From Priapulus caudatus (taxonomy: Eukaryota): a stretch of DNA of 20,000 nt. The notes under the pieces are model-generated. The model worked only from the letters and a program-made list of their open reading frames with translations. It did not search any database and had not been told where the DNA came from. Both the position numbers and the translations under genes were made by a program. Below are positions 1-11,400 of the stretch, one piece after another. Position 1 is the first letter of the stretch. Each line of letters begins with the position of its first letter. The stretch is taken from the NCBI RefSeq assembly GCF_000485595.1, contig NW_014577087.1, forward strand, positions 632,648-652,647, written 5' to 3'.

Positions 1-219
1 ATAACTTTTCTCATTTCCACCCATATTACTATTATGTTCCAGGGGTTCTAAGTTGGGTTGCTTTGTCATATAAATGTCATACGTAACAGTTTTCCCCATG
101 CTTATTATCTTATTACACTGATTGTAAATATTGATATTGTGGCCAATGTTATATTGTTCGATTTTTACCAATGTTCCTATTGTGTCCAACTTATAGTAGT
201 ATGAAGTAGTAGCACGATT

Positions 220-521
220 TTACCCAGCGCAGCGGGTACCCGCAGGTATTTCTAGGACCGCGCATTTTGCCTCGTGTGAACGCTAAATACCGGATTTCTT
301 GCTACGTGTAAACGCGGCTATAAGCCGATCGGCAGTTGGTGCGCATTGCATTGTTTATTTCGCATTGTTTGCTTGATTGTTTAAAGCAGCTCGCAGCTCG
401 CAAATACCGTATTTCTGGAGCCGCGAATCAGCGTGTGAACGCTCGGCCGCGTATTTGTCTCAGATTCGGTATTTCGCAAATGCCGTATTTCATAAATACG
501 AGGTCTCGTGTGAACGAGGCT
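220..521. mobile_element. Two adjacent right-end fragments of PIF/Harbinger-like MITEs
   Basis: Ends CGTGTAAACGCGGCT (305-319) and CGTGTGAACGAGGCT (507-521), whose reverse complements are AGCCGCGTTTACACG and AGCCTCGTTCACACG. Internal repeat CGTGTGAACGCT at 273-284 and 432-443; recurring AAATAC/GTATTT motifs. Left TIRs not found in the window. Confidence 0.5.
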
Positions 522-526
522 ATTAT

Positions 527-620
527 CTAAAATCATTTAGTATACCCTTAACTTCATTCATGCCAATTTTGGTGCTTTTACCACAAAACCCACGATTTTT
601 TCACATATCTGCCCTACTAT
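527..620. mobile_element. Probable DNA-transposon terminal fragment (ends in ...CCCTACTA; Academ-like guess)
   Basis: ATGCCAATTTTGGTGCTTTTACCACAAAACCCACGATTTTTTCACATATCTGCCCTACTA resembles TIR ends commonly seen in invertebrate DNA transposons. No partner TIR in the window, so the superfamily is uncertain. Confidence 0.35.
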
Positions 621-1074
621 ATCACTTGACGAGCCTTGCCCATGCTCATTTCCCATTACAAAACATGCAAAAAAGTGCACAATATTCAAACACTCATAAA
701 AATTTTGGATATGTTGTTCTATGACACATCCTGCTCATCTGGTGTAAAAATCGTCTTTATACCATTTTTTTCCGGGTCAAAATGCTCTACTACCATATTT
801 TCACCGAGCGCATACGAAAGTTAATCATACAGCACAATTCGGCACGTGTCTTTTTCAATGCATCCGCGCTGAAACGACACGATAAAACATCACGATATGC
901 TCGCCCACCGTCTGCAATAATGGGCAGCAGAGCCTGCATCTTCGTCTGCCAACCGCATACTTCATATATTGTTTACAGAATGACAGGCTGCGGTGTAGGC
1001 AATTCGCGCGTAAGCTCAGTGAGCGGATTAGAGCGGGACCGGATAGCGGGCGAGATCGATTGCACGAAATAAGG

Positions 1075-1330
1075 CGTTCGCACGCGCACACTTACACAAA
1101 TTCTTCAAACCTACATGCACACATCATACATACGCGCACACACACACACACACATATACGCGCACACACACATATACGCGCACACATGCACATATACGCG
1201 CACACACGCATGCACACACGCATGCACGCATGCACGTACACACACTGCCACACGCGAGCCCGCATACACACATTCGCGCTCACGCGCACACACCCACACA
1301 TGCGCGCACGCAAATATACACGCGCACGTA
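1075..1330. repeat. Degenerate (CA)n/(CACG)n microsatellite
   Basis: Direct inspection. Confidence 0.9.
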
Positions 1331-1396
1331 CTCGCCATAGTATTGTCAGTAATTCTGTCGGTTATACTGGCTGTAGCACTGGCTATAGTACTAACT
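1325..1396. repeat. Degenerate 12-bp tandem repeat
   Basis: Units cacgtactcgcc/atagtattgtca/gtaattctgtcg/gttatactggct/gtagcactggct/atagtactaact. Confidence 0.55.
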
Positions 1397-1824
1397 AATG
1401 TAACTAATGTAAAGATAAAGTACTGGCTGTAAATGCCATCATATTCTTTTCTCTGCATTGGGACTGTTTTTAAAAGTCTTTACATCTCTCGACTAGTGGT
1501 GCCCCCGGACGCCCCGTCCTTGTGCAAACCGAAGGTTTGAGTTCATATATGCAGCGGCACGCTCCCCCTACTGGCAATTTAATACAAAACAGGGAATTAC
1601 ATATGGGAATTCACTGGGAATTCGTCTAATCTGAATTCGTGGGCAACAGTGACAGACTTGACACAGCGTTTGCTGGTAAGCATGTCATCGTAGCATCGCT
1701 GAGAATTTTTGGCATTTAAAAGCGCACGAAAAACTATAATAAAACTTAAATAACCCTAATTACCTCAATGACCGCACACCGCATGCCACTCACGATGTTT
1801 ACTCGGTGACGTGACCTTCCGAAT

Positions 1825-2151
1825 TCCCATTGGTTGATACAAATCACGTGCCTCAAACTCCTCAATGACGCCACAGTGTTGGCAAGGCACATCCATAACA
1901 CAAAAACACAATGGCTCAATAGCTGAACGCCTAAAGCAGAGACGACATGGCTGAAATGTCGTTGGATCGAATCCCATCTGTTTTTTTCATTATTTTCTTG
2001 TTTTCTGTATTTTTCTATGTTTATCCATATTTACATGATTTATTTACAACAAATAATTTTTTTTCGTTTATAGGGTTAGGGTTAGGGTTAGAATCCCAAT
2101 TCACCATAAAACAGGAGTTTGAGGTACGTGATCTTTTATCAACCAATGGGA
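1825..2151. mobile_element. Inverted-repeat-bounded element containing a tRNA-like cassette and a (TTAGGG)n tract
   Basis: Left arm TCCCATTGGTTGATACAAATCACGTGCCTCAAACTCCT (1825-1862); right arm AGGAGTTTGAGGTACGTGATCTTTTATCAACCAATGGGA (2113-2151), about 3 differences. TAGGGTTAGGGTTAGGGTTAG at 2071-2091; TAACCCTAA at 1751-1759. Confidence 0.6.
1912..1987 (+). other. tRNA-derived/SINE-like Pol III cassette (A box, hairpin, B box, T7); not an intact tRNA
   Basis: A-box-like TGGCTCAATAGC at 1912; hairpin ACGACAT-ggctgaa-ATGTCGT at 1942-1962; B-box-like GGATCGAATCC at 1964-1974; TTTTTTT at 1981-1987. No convincing acceptor stem. Confidence 0.45.
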
Positions 2152-2297
2152 TTTGGGAGCTATGCAGGCCCTAGCTGCGTGTGTGTAACACAGCTGTATA
2201 TTTCGCCGTCGTTGAATTTCTCTTGCGTTTCGCGTGATTGACGGAGCAGTTCTTCAGTGATTCTCATGCAATAGCAATGTTTCATGTTTATAAACAT

Positions 2298-2662
2298 NNN
2301 NNNNNNNNNNNNNNNNNNNNNNNNNNNNNNNNNNNNNNNNNNNNNNNNNNNNNNNNNNNNNNNNNNNNNNNNNNNNNNNNNNNNNNNNNNNNNNNNNNNN
2401 NNNNNNNNNNNNNNNNNNNNNNNNNNNNNNNNNNNNNNNNNNNNNNNNNNNNNNNNNNNNNNNNNNNNNNNNNNNNNNNNNNNNNNNNNNNNNNNNNNNN
2501 NNNNNNNNNNNNNNNNNNNNNNNNNNNNNNNNNNNNNNNNNNNNNNNNNNNNNNNNNNNNNNNNNNNNNNNNNNNNNNNNNNNNNNNNNNNNNNNNNNNN
2601 NNNNNNNNNNNNNNNNNNNNNNNNNNNNNNNNNNNNNNNNNNNNNNNNNNNNNNNNNNNNNN
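2298..2662. other. Assembly gap (365 N)
   Basis: Run of N. Confidence 1.
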
Positions 2663-3304
2663 TGATGAGGGATATTAGTGCGCGCGTAAATGATGACGTG
2701 GATCTACTTTATGTCAGTGTAGTAGAACATATAGGTCCTTATGTTAGCACAATAATGTACACAGACAGTAACAAATTGAGAGATAATGTGCCGCAAGAAC
2801 ATTTGCATTATACTAAACACACGAACGAGGGAAAGAAGTGGGCTTATTACGCGCCGTACTAGTAAAGATCCAAGATGAGAACACCCGAATAGCCAGAGAG
2901 GCGTCGCCGAGAGGTGTTTGATACTGCCCGCTAAGTGCGGCGGATCCTTCTTGCGCGGCAGTTCCGCGGCAAGGCGGCACGCGAGACCGCGGGAACGTCC
3001 TACGAAAGTATCATCGCGCTGGCAACATATTGATTCCGTGCGCCAAATTCGAAAGGTCAGCGCAACGGGATCAATTGCTGGGCCAGAGAAACATGCTCGA
3101 ATTTTAAGCGGGTTCTAATTCACTAGCTTAACATACGCACACCTATCGCGCAGGTCTACATAGCGATGTTTCAACGTGCCAAGTCATAAGATCAGGTCAT
3201 CGTGTATTTGTTATGGTGTTGTTGGTTTGGCAGAAGCGAAGCGTGATGCTTGACTATTCAGATGAAATTGACCACCATGTTCTGATAGAAAGTGCTGTCT
3301 TATG

Positions 3305-4145
3305 AGTGTGCACGTACACGTGGGCGTGCTGGGCGTGCGTGCGTGTGCACCGTACACGTGCGTGCGTGCGTGCACGTACACGTGCGTGCATCGGTGCGTG
3401 TGTGCCGTGCGTGCGTGCGTGAGGCACGTAACACGTGGATCGTGCATGCGTGCGTGCCAATGCGTGCGTGCGTGCGTGTGCACCGTACACGTGGCGTGCA
3501 TGTAGTTGTGTGCGTGCGTTGTGCAACGTACACGGTGCGTAGCGTCGCGTGCGTCGAGTGTGTGCACGTACACGTGCGTGGCGTGCGTGCTGCGTGCGCG
3601 CGTGTGGCATCGTGCACGTATACGTGCGTGGTCGGTCGTGCGGGCACGTCAGTCGTGCATGTGCTTGCAACGTTACTCGTGCGTGCAAAGTGTCGTGCAG
3701 TCGTGCAGTACACGTCGCGGTGCGTTGCGTGTGATAGCGCTACACTCCGTCGTCGTGCTGAATCACGTGCCGTGCTGTGGTGCGTTCGTGTGTGTTGCAC
3801 TGTACACGTGCGTGCTGTCGCGCCGGTGTGTGCGCGCGTGTGTCAGGTACATGCGTTCGTGCGTGCGTGCGTGCCGTGCGTGCGTGTGTACGTGTAGCAG
3901 GGTCAGACCGTGTGTGCATTGTGGTGCGCTGCGTGCGTAACGTGCGTTGTGTGTGGCGGTACACGTGCGGGCGTGTGCATCAGTACACGTGCGTGGCATG
4001 CGTGTGGTGCGTGCGTGCGTGTCTGTGCGTGTTGGACGTACCCGTGCGTGATATGATGTGTGTATGTGTGTTGGCATCGTACACGTGCGTGCGTGCCGTG
4101 CGTGTGTTACGTTACACGTTGCGTGCGTCAGCGTGCGTGTGCTGT
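3305..4145. repeat. Degenerate (CGTG)n satellite with recurring GTACACGTG unit
   Basis: Many copies of cgtacacgtgcgtgcgtg with noise. Confidence 0.9.
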
Positions 4146-4226
4146 ATCGAACAATATCACGCAATACTGCTTGCTGCCAACTCGTGTAAATGTGGCGCAT
4201 ATGACGTCAAATGTTTATAACATGAA

Positions 4227-4227
<1 letters not shown>

Positions 4228-4274
<47 letters not shown>

Positions 4275-4430
4275 CCTCCTCTCTCTCTCTCTCTTTCCCT
4301 CTCTCTCGCTCTCTCCATCTTCTCTCGCTCGCTCGCTCGCTCTCTCTCTCTCTATCTCTCGCTCTCTCTCTCTCTCGCGCGCTCTCTCCCTCCACTCTCT
4401 CCCCCACTCTCTCCCTCTCTCACACACACG
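4228..4430. repeat. (CT)n microsatellite
   Basis: Direct inspection. Confidence 0.95.
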
Positions 4431-5087
4431 CCTCGTACAAGCAATGTAACAAGCCGCTATTGTGCGTGCAGTCGTCGGCGTCGTCGGTCGCGCGCCGACG
4501 CTGCAAGTGAGCGACTATCGCCCGAGGGGCGACCTCATTAAACGCCAGGCGCCAGGATCAAGAGGCGCATTATTGCAATACACGTCTTAACACGGATCTA
4601 TAAGATCAGCATGTTCGCGCGGGCAGCAGCACAGCGATGGCGAACGGGTGGCCGCGAGCTGCTGCATTCTGGGAATTCGTAAACGCTCGACTTCCTGTTT
4701 GTCTGCGCGCGCGCGTCTGTGGCGTGCGGGAGGGAGCGTTGCGTGTTAGTCGTGCGTATTTGACATTTGCGAGTTAATTATGAGCTATTGGATCGCTGAG
4801 GTAGTTTATGTGGAAATTTGTATTTATGATGATGATGACGACGTGCGCTCGCATAATAATCTGTATTGTATAAGTAACCGAAACACGGAATATCGGTAAG
4901 AGGCAACTAGAGTAGGCACGAATGTGTTACCTATTAAACTTTTATGCAGCCCTTTAAATTAATGCAATAGAGGGTACAACCAAGTAGATTTTATAGTATT
5001 TCAACGACCCACTTCCACCTTCTGCAGGCGTGAACCATGTTTGAATTGTCTATAATTTTGGTGAAGATCAATGTAATAAGCGTGCGG

Positions 5088-5155
5088 CCAGTCAGCCAGT
5101 CGGTCGGTCGGTCGATCGGTCGGTCTGTCGGTCGGTCGGTCGGTCGGTGCGTCGG
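5088..5155. repeat. (GTCG)n tetranucleotide microsatellite
   Basis: gtcggtcggtcg run; noisy copy at ~9080-9155. Confidence 0.9.
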
Positions 5156-5509
5156 TAGATTGGACAATTCCCCAGTGAATGTTATTCGAGCAGCCAGCCA
5201 ATTACATATAAACAGCACGAACGCGCATTTTGCCGAACGAGAGTTTTAGGGCATGTATGTTTTCATTCTCTTGCATTTCTCACACTATTGGTATTCCGAT
5301 ATTAACACTATAATGCCTGGAATAAGCAACAACCACTGTCAACCAGCTAGATATAACTACGGATTCAGACTATATAAACGTTTATGCTTTTTATTGAAAC
5401 GCCCCCAATATTACTTGAAACGCCCCCTCTCTATCCTACCTCCCTGCCTTCCTCCCTCTCTCATTCCGTACTTACCTCCCTCTCCCAATATCTATCTGTT
5501 TGATTCATT

Positions 5510-5566
5510 GTGCGCGTGCGCGTGCGCGTGCGCGTGCGCGTGCGCGTGTGCGCGCGTGTGCGCGTG
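5510..5566. repeat. (GCGCGT)n alternating purine-pyrimidine repeat
   Basis: Direct inspection. Confidence 0.9.
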
Positions 5567-5892
5567 TTTTTACTATTTGCAGATCTGTTAGAAATAAAGT
5601 TTCCATTTGCTTGACAAGTTGTGTGGGACCGTATTGATGCACTGAAATACAGCTTGGGTGTAGGAGACAACAGCTTTCTTGTCAAAATGTGCCTCGTCGA
5701 TTCTCATATAACAAAACTACGACATTATACGCTTATGAATGGAGGTTGCAATTAAATGAATAAATTTTCCCTATTAATAATTAATAATAATTAGCTATTA
5801 AACACTAAGACTTAACGCCCACACTCCTTTTTCCACATGATCACTAGAATAACAAAAAAATAAAAGAATCTGTGCAAAGTATTACGATATAT

Positions 5893-5941
5893 GATATATA
5901 AATATATAAATAAATAAATGAATAAATAAATAAATAAATAA

Positions 5942-6005
<64 letters not shown>

Positions 6006-6010
6006 GATAT
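5893..6010. repeat. (TAAA)n + (TA)n microsatellite
   Basis: Direct inspection. Confidence 0.95.
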
Positions 6011-6748
6011 ATGATGATAAACGCGTGCGCACATACACGCATACATACGCACATACACACGTACCCTTACACCTAAAAATATCATCCTCACGCTATAACG
6101 ACTAGTCCCGACCCCCTCGGAAACGCGACTCTATAGCTGAAAGGAAGCTACTGACTGTATGCCGCAGCGGCGTGTATGGCGAAATTCTCATCGCGCTAAA
6201 TAAACGTCACGATACACTGAGGTACCCGCACGCGTGCTGCGCGTGACGCGAGTCGCGTGCATGCATGCAGCACGTACAAACTCACTAGCTATTCATTTCC
6301 ATGGCTGAATGGCTCTGAAATTAGATTCGATCTTGCGCGACGTATCGATCCGATCGCGCCTCGCAGCAACCGCATCCTGCATCCCGCAGCCATACCTGCA
6401 CGCACCTGTGTCGCAGTGTGGCCACGTACACGTCATATGACAGTAAATATACTATAGCTGCTCGCTGTCCGTCGGCTATTTCGAGGGGCTTCTCTCGCAC
6501 ATTCGCATATGTACGTATGCCCGGATACATTTCATTGATCTTAATAGCCGTTAATGCTGTCAGCTGGCACGGAAATGGATGGTCGTGGCAGCTCTTTGCG
6601 CGGATGAGAGGGAGGGTTGCATGACCGGACCGTAATTAAGCTAATAGACGTAATATTGCGATGAGATAATGGTCGCCGCGCCACGTCGCCTACATGCAGT
6701 GAGTGAGTGCTACTGCGTGCGTGACTCGTGACGAGTGTTTTTGCATCG

Positions 6749-6807
<59 letters not shown>

Positions 6808-7176
6808 NNNNNNNNNNNNNNNNNNNNNNNNNNNNNNNNNNNNNNNNNNNNNNNNNNNNNNNNNNNNNNNNNNNNNNNNNNNNNNNNNNNNNNNNNNNNN
6901 NNNNNNNNNNNNNNNNNNNNNNNNNNNNNNNNNNNNNNNNNNNNNNNNNNNNNNNNNNNNNNNNNNNNNNNNNNNNNNNNNNNNNNNNNNNNNNNNNNNN
7001 NNNNNNNNNNNNNNNNNNNNNNNNNNNNNNNNNNNNNNNNNNNNNNNNNNNNNNNNNNNNNNNNNNNNNNNNNNNNNNNNNNNNNNNNNNNNNNNNNNNN
7101 NNNNNNNNNNNNNNNNNNNNNNNNNNNNNNNNNNNNNNNNNNNNNNNNNNNNNNNNNNNNNNNNNNNNNNNNNNNN
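6808..7176. other. Assembly gap (369 N) flanked by (TA)(TG) and (CG)(TG) microsatellites
   Basis: Run of N. Confidence 1.
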
Positions 7177-7219
7177 CGCGCGCGCGCGCGTGTGTGTGTG
7201 TGTGTAGTGTGTGTGTGTA

Positions 7220-7274
<55 letters not shown>

Positions 7275-7824
7275 CTATTGGCGGACGCCCGGCAGTTATA
7301 CCTGTAGAATACCTGGATAGGCGCACTGTCAGTCACGTATTGATCGACGCGGATATACACACATCAATGTCACGTACGCCAAGCCCGCTCCGTACGTGGG
7401 CATAGTGCTGCGTCACGTATTCTGCGGGGATATCATACGTTGTCACTGGTTTTTTGATCTCCGGAACCATGTCGAAATCAGAATCGAGTTGAATATAATT
7501 GCGATGTGTGAATGGTCATGAACGGGTATGCGGCGGTGGGCAAATGTCGTCCGTGCACGATTACGTATAAAATATTTTAAGGTTAGGTTGGTTGCGTTGT
7601 GTTTGATTGGTATAAAACATTACACTGACGGCATTTCGCTTGATAGATAGAACGGGTCAATCTTCCAGGAGCCCTGTTCCAGGAGCCCTGCGGGCAGTGG
7701 CGTACGCAGGATTTTCGAAAGAAGGGTGTTAGGAGCACGCGAAGGGGGGGGGGAGGTCTGGGAGAGTTCTCCCCCAGAAATTTTTTGAAATTAGCACCCC
7801 TCAGATGCGTTTTCTGCGCGAGCA

Positions 7825-7870
7825 TGGGGGGTCCGGACCCCCTGGACCCCCTCCCCTGTACACGCCCCTG
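7825..7870. mobile_element. Right end of a related CAGGGGCG-type MITE nested in or fused to the above
   Basis: GGGGGGTCCGGACCCCCTGGACCCCCTCCCCTGTACACGCCCCTG; the reverse complement of the end, CAGGGGCGTGTACAGG, is an imperfect match to the left TIR CAGTGGCGTACGCAGG. Contains the palindrome GGGGGTCCGGACCCCC. Confidence 0.5.
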
Positions 7871-7921
7871 GAAACTGTAGACTCTGATACCGTGTGCGCT
7901 TGCACTGACGGGTGGGGTCCC

Positions 7922-8120
7922 GGGGGTAGATTCATGATTCATCAAGCTGCGTACGCAAAATATTTTGCGTAAATCTTGTGTGCGTACGCAATCGACGTTG
8001 CTTAGTTGCGATTCATCAACACAGCTATTTAGTAAATTTTCGTACGATTTCGCGTACGCAAGCGAAGCCGTTTTAGGTGCGATTCATCAAGCTAAAATTT
8101 ACGTAAACCTTTGCGTAGGA
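7922..8120. mobile_element. Probable terminal fragment of a non-autonomous DNA transposon with ~72-bp-spaced subterminal motifs
   Basis: GATTCATCAA at 7936, 8010 and 8081; CGTACGCAA three times; perfect 20-bp palindrome TACGCAAAATATTTTGCGTA at 7952-7971. Truncated by a GT/GA microsatellite. Confidence 0.45.
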
Positions 8121-8135
8121 AGTGTGTATGTGTCA

Positions 8136-8244
8136 GAGAGAGAGAGAGAGGTGTACGTGTGCGTGTGTGTGTGTGTGTGACAGAGAGAGAGATAGAGAGA
8201 GAGAGGGGGGAGGGAGGGATGGAGGGAGAAGAGAAGAGAAGAGA

Positions 8245-8310
<66 letters not shown>

Positions 8311-8332
8311 AAGAAAGAGAGAGAGAGAGAGC

Positions 8333-8395
<63 letters not shown>

Positions 8396-8400
8396 AGAGA
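8136..8400. repeat. (GA)n microsatellite with short (GT)n
   Basis: Direct inspection; it sits at the copy A/copy B junction. Confidence 0.95.
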
Positions 8401-8409
8401 AACAGACCT

Positions 8410-11400
8410 CCTCTTCCCCACTCTTCCTTCTCAACCAGCCTGTCACGCAATGGCACAAGCCCGCTTTGTGCGTGCGTGTCCGGGCGTCGTCGGGTTGCGC
8501 GCGCGCGTGCAAGCTGGCGCTACGGGTGGCGAGGGCAGCGACTCATTAACGCCAGGCGCCAGGATGCAAGAGGCGCTTATTGCAATACAGTCTTAACGGG
8601 ATTCCCTATAGGATCCAGCATGTTCGGCGGCAGCAGCACAGCGCATGTGCGACGGGTGGCGCGAGCTGACTTGCCATTCTGGGAAATCGTAAGCTCGATT
8701 CTGTTTGTCTGGGCGGGTCTGTGGCGTGGGGAGGGGCGTTGGTGTTGTGTGCGGTATTTGCAAATTTTGGAGTTATTATGAGCTATATGGTTCGCTACGG
8801 GTGTTTAGTGTGGAATTTGTTTTATGTGATGATGACCCGACGTGGCGCTAGATCTATCTGTAGTTGTATAAGTAACGAACCGGTATCGGTTAAGATGGCA
8901 ATTAGAGATAGGCACGAATGTTGTTACTATTACTTTTATGCCAGCCCCTTTAACTTAATGGAATAGATGGGTAAACAAGTAGATTATTGTGTATTTAACG
9001 AGCACTTACTTGTGAGGCGTGAACATGTTTGAATTGTCTATATTTTGGTGAATGAGATCAATGTATAAGGTGCGGCCGAGTCAGCAGTGCCGTTCCCCGG
9101 TCGGTCGTCGGTCGGTCTGTCGGTCCCCGGTCGGGTGCCCGTACGGTGCGTCGGTAGATTGGACTTTCCGTGATTGTTTTCGAGCCAGCCAGCCCTTGAT
9201 ATAAACGAACGAGTCGCGCATTTTGCGAACGGGATGTTTCTAGGGGTGTATGTTTGATTCTCTTGCTTCTGCTTTGGTATTCGATATTAACTATAATTGC
9301 GGATAAGAAAAAGGAACCAAACACTGTTTACGTGAGAGTTACTACGGTTAGGACATTATAGAACGTTTTTGTTTTTAGTGACGCCAATCTTACTTTGAAA
9401 CGCCTTCTTTCCTACTCCTGTTCCTCCCTCTCTCGAATCCGTACTTACTCCTCGTTCCAATAATCTGGGTGGGCGTGTTGATTCATTGTGCGCGTGGCTG
9501 CGTGCGCGTTGGCGTCTGCGGTGCCGCTGTTTGTGCGCGCGTGTGGCGTGTTTTTGTATTTGCGGGGGATACTGTTAAGAAATAAAGTTCTCCCATTTGC
9601 TTGACAAGTTCTGGTGTGGGACCGTATTGATGCGTTGAAATACGAGCTTGGGTGTAGGGGCAACAAGCTTTTCTTGTCAAATGTGGCATCGTCGATTCTC
9701 TATACAAACATCCGATTATCGCTTGATGAATGGACAGGAGTTGCCATTAATGATATTTTCCCTATTAATAATTGTAATAATTTAGTTTAAACACTAGAGT
9801 TAACGCCCACCTCCTTTTTCACATTGCATCACGTAGAATAACAAAAGAAATAAAACGAATCTGCTGCAATGTATTGGATATATTGTTATTATTATAAAGT
9901 TATGAAATACATAAATAATAAATAATAAAATATATTTACTATATATATATAATATATTATTTTTTATTATTAGTTCCGATATATGTGATAAGCGTGCGAC
10001 AAAGCATGACATAAGCACTTAACACGGTACCCTTACACCTAACAATATCATTTCCTCCGCTACTCGATAGTCGACCCCTGCTGAAACGCGACTCTATAGC
10101 TTGAAGGAAGCGCTAGCTGCTGGTATGCGCGCAGCGGGTGTATTGCGCGAAATTCTCTATTCGCGTTGAAATAACGTCACGATCATGAGGTACCGCTACG
10201 GTGCTGCGCGTGAGGCGATGGTTGCGGTGCATGCATGCAGCCGCTACAACTCGCTGCTATTCATTTCATGGCTGAATGGCTCGTGAATTATTTCGATTTG
10301 GCGCCGTATCGATCGATCGCGCTCGACAGCCACGCATCCGTGACATCCGAGCCTACCCTGCACGGACTGCTGTCGCTAAGTGTGCCGTACACGTCATTCA
10401 TGCAGTGTAATATACTATAGCTGCTCGCTGTGCGTCGGCTATTCTCGGGAGGGCGTTCTTCGACATTGCTATGTAGGGTATGCGCCGGATACATTTGCAT
10501 GGGATCTTGATAGCGTTGAATTTGACTGTGCAGCTGGACGGAATGGCTGCGCTCGTGGGTGTGGGGTGGGGTGGGATGAGGAAGGGGGTTGGCGATGGGG
10601 GACGGGGGGTGAGTGGTGAGGCTGGGTGACGTGGTGAGATGAGTGGGTGCATAGTTATGGGGTCGGGCGGCCAGCGTGCGCGCCTGGATGGCGTGCGAGG
10701 GTGGGTGGCGGCTGACGTGCTGTGGCGTGCCGGTGGAGCGTTTTGGTGGCGGCGTGGGTGAGGTTGAGTGGTGTGATGTGATGGATGAGTTGGTATCGTG
10801 TATATATATGCAGGGTAGTGGGGGTCGTATGATGAGGTGATGGTATTGTAGTATGGTGTGAGCGCCGCGCGTGGTGCGCGCGCTTACGTGTGTGATGTGT
10901 GTGTTGTGTGATTGTGTGTGTGCTGTGTTGCGTGTGTGTGTGTGTGTGTGTGGTGTGATTGTCTGCGGGCGTTGTATAAGGGATGCGTCTGTATCGGGCG
11001 GTGTGATCAAGCGCACTCAGGTGGGAAGAAACGTTGGGCGGGAAGTGGGGCAGTGATTACTTCCATTCAGCAGTGGAGTTCGGATATCCATTCACCGTTT
11101 GATGATATGTATCAGGATTAAGATTATCGGATTGTTTCCTTTAATAATCTCGTGCACGGTAAATGTTCGATATTTTTGCAAGATGAATGATAAGAACTCA
11201 CTTATAGTAATTAAATGTACTATTCCGTGAGATCGGAACTTAATTTCTCGACTCTGCGCGCGCGGCGGCGCCGCGCGCGCGGTGTGTGTGTGTGTGTGAG
11301 TGTTGTGTTGTGTACACACGCAACAAAAAACACACCAAATATCTATATGTATAATTTTATATTTACTATTGGGCGGACGCGGCATGAGTGTTACTGTAGC

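Larger units (their letters stand above)
4410..8400 (+). repeat. Copy A of ~4-kb tandemly repeated block
   Basis: Shared anchors with copy B: AACGCCAGGCGCCAGGAT at 4541/8548 and GATCTCCGGAACCATGT at 7456/11547. Colinear throughout. Confidence 0.93.

Noticed and set aside
1912..1980. Functional tRNA gene
   Set aside because: No acceptor stem or proper D-arm geometry can be drawn; kept only as a tRNA-like cassette.
2071..2091. TTAGGG repeats as a telomere or chromosome-fusion scar
   Set aside because: Only ~3 units, internal to an inverted-repeat element.
2663..3200. GC-rich segment with ORFs 2918-3118 and the post-gap part of 2284-2862
   Set aside because: No recognisable domain; adjacent to a gap and probably unpolished sequence, so frames are unreliable.
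3305..4145. Repeat-spacer (CRISPR-like) array based on recurring GTACACGTG
   Set aside because: The spacers are themselves CGTG repeats of irregular length; eukaryotic context with no cas genes.
5589..5708. Short minus-strand ORF MRIDEAHFDKKAVVSYTQ... (39 aa) and TTGACAAG/CTTGTCAA inverted repeat
   Set aside because: Too short, no recognisable homology, and the 8-bp stem is compatible with chance.
10555..10760. G-run-rich tract resembling a G-quadruplex
   Set aside because: Corresponds to ~6580-6720 in copy A, which lacks these runs; probably a low-quality read segment.
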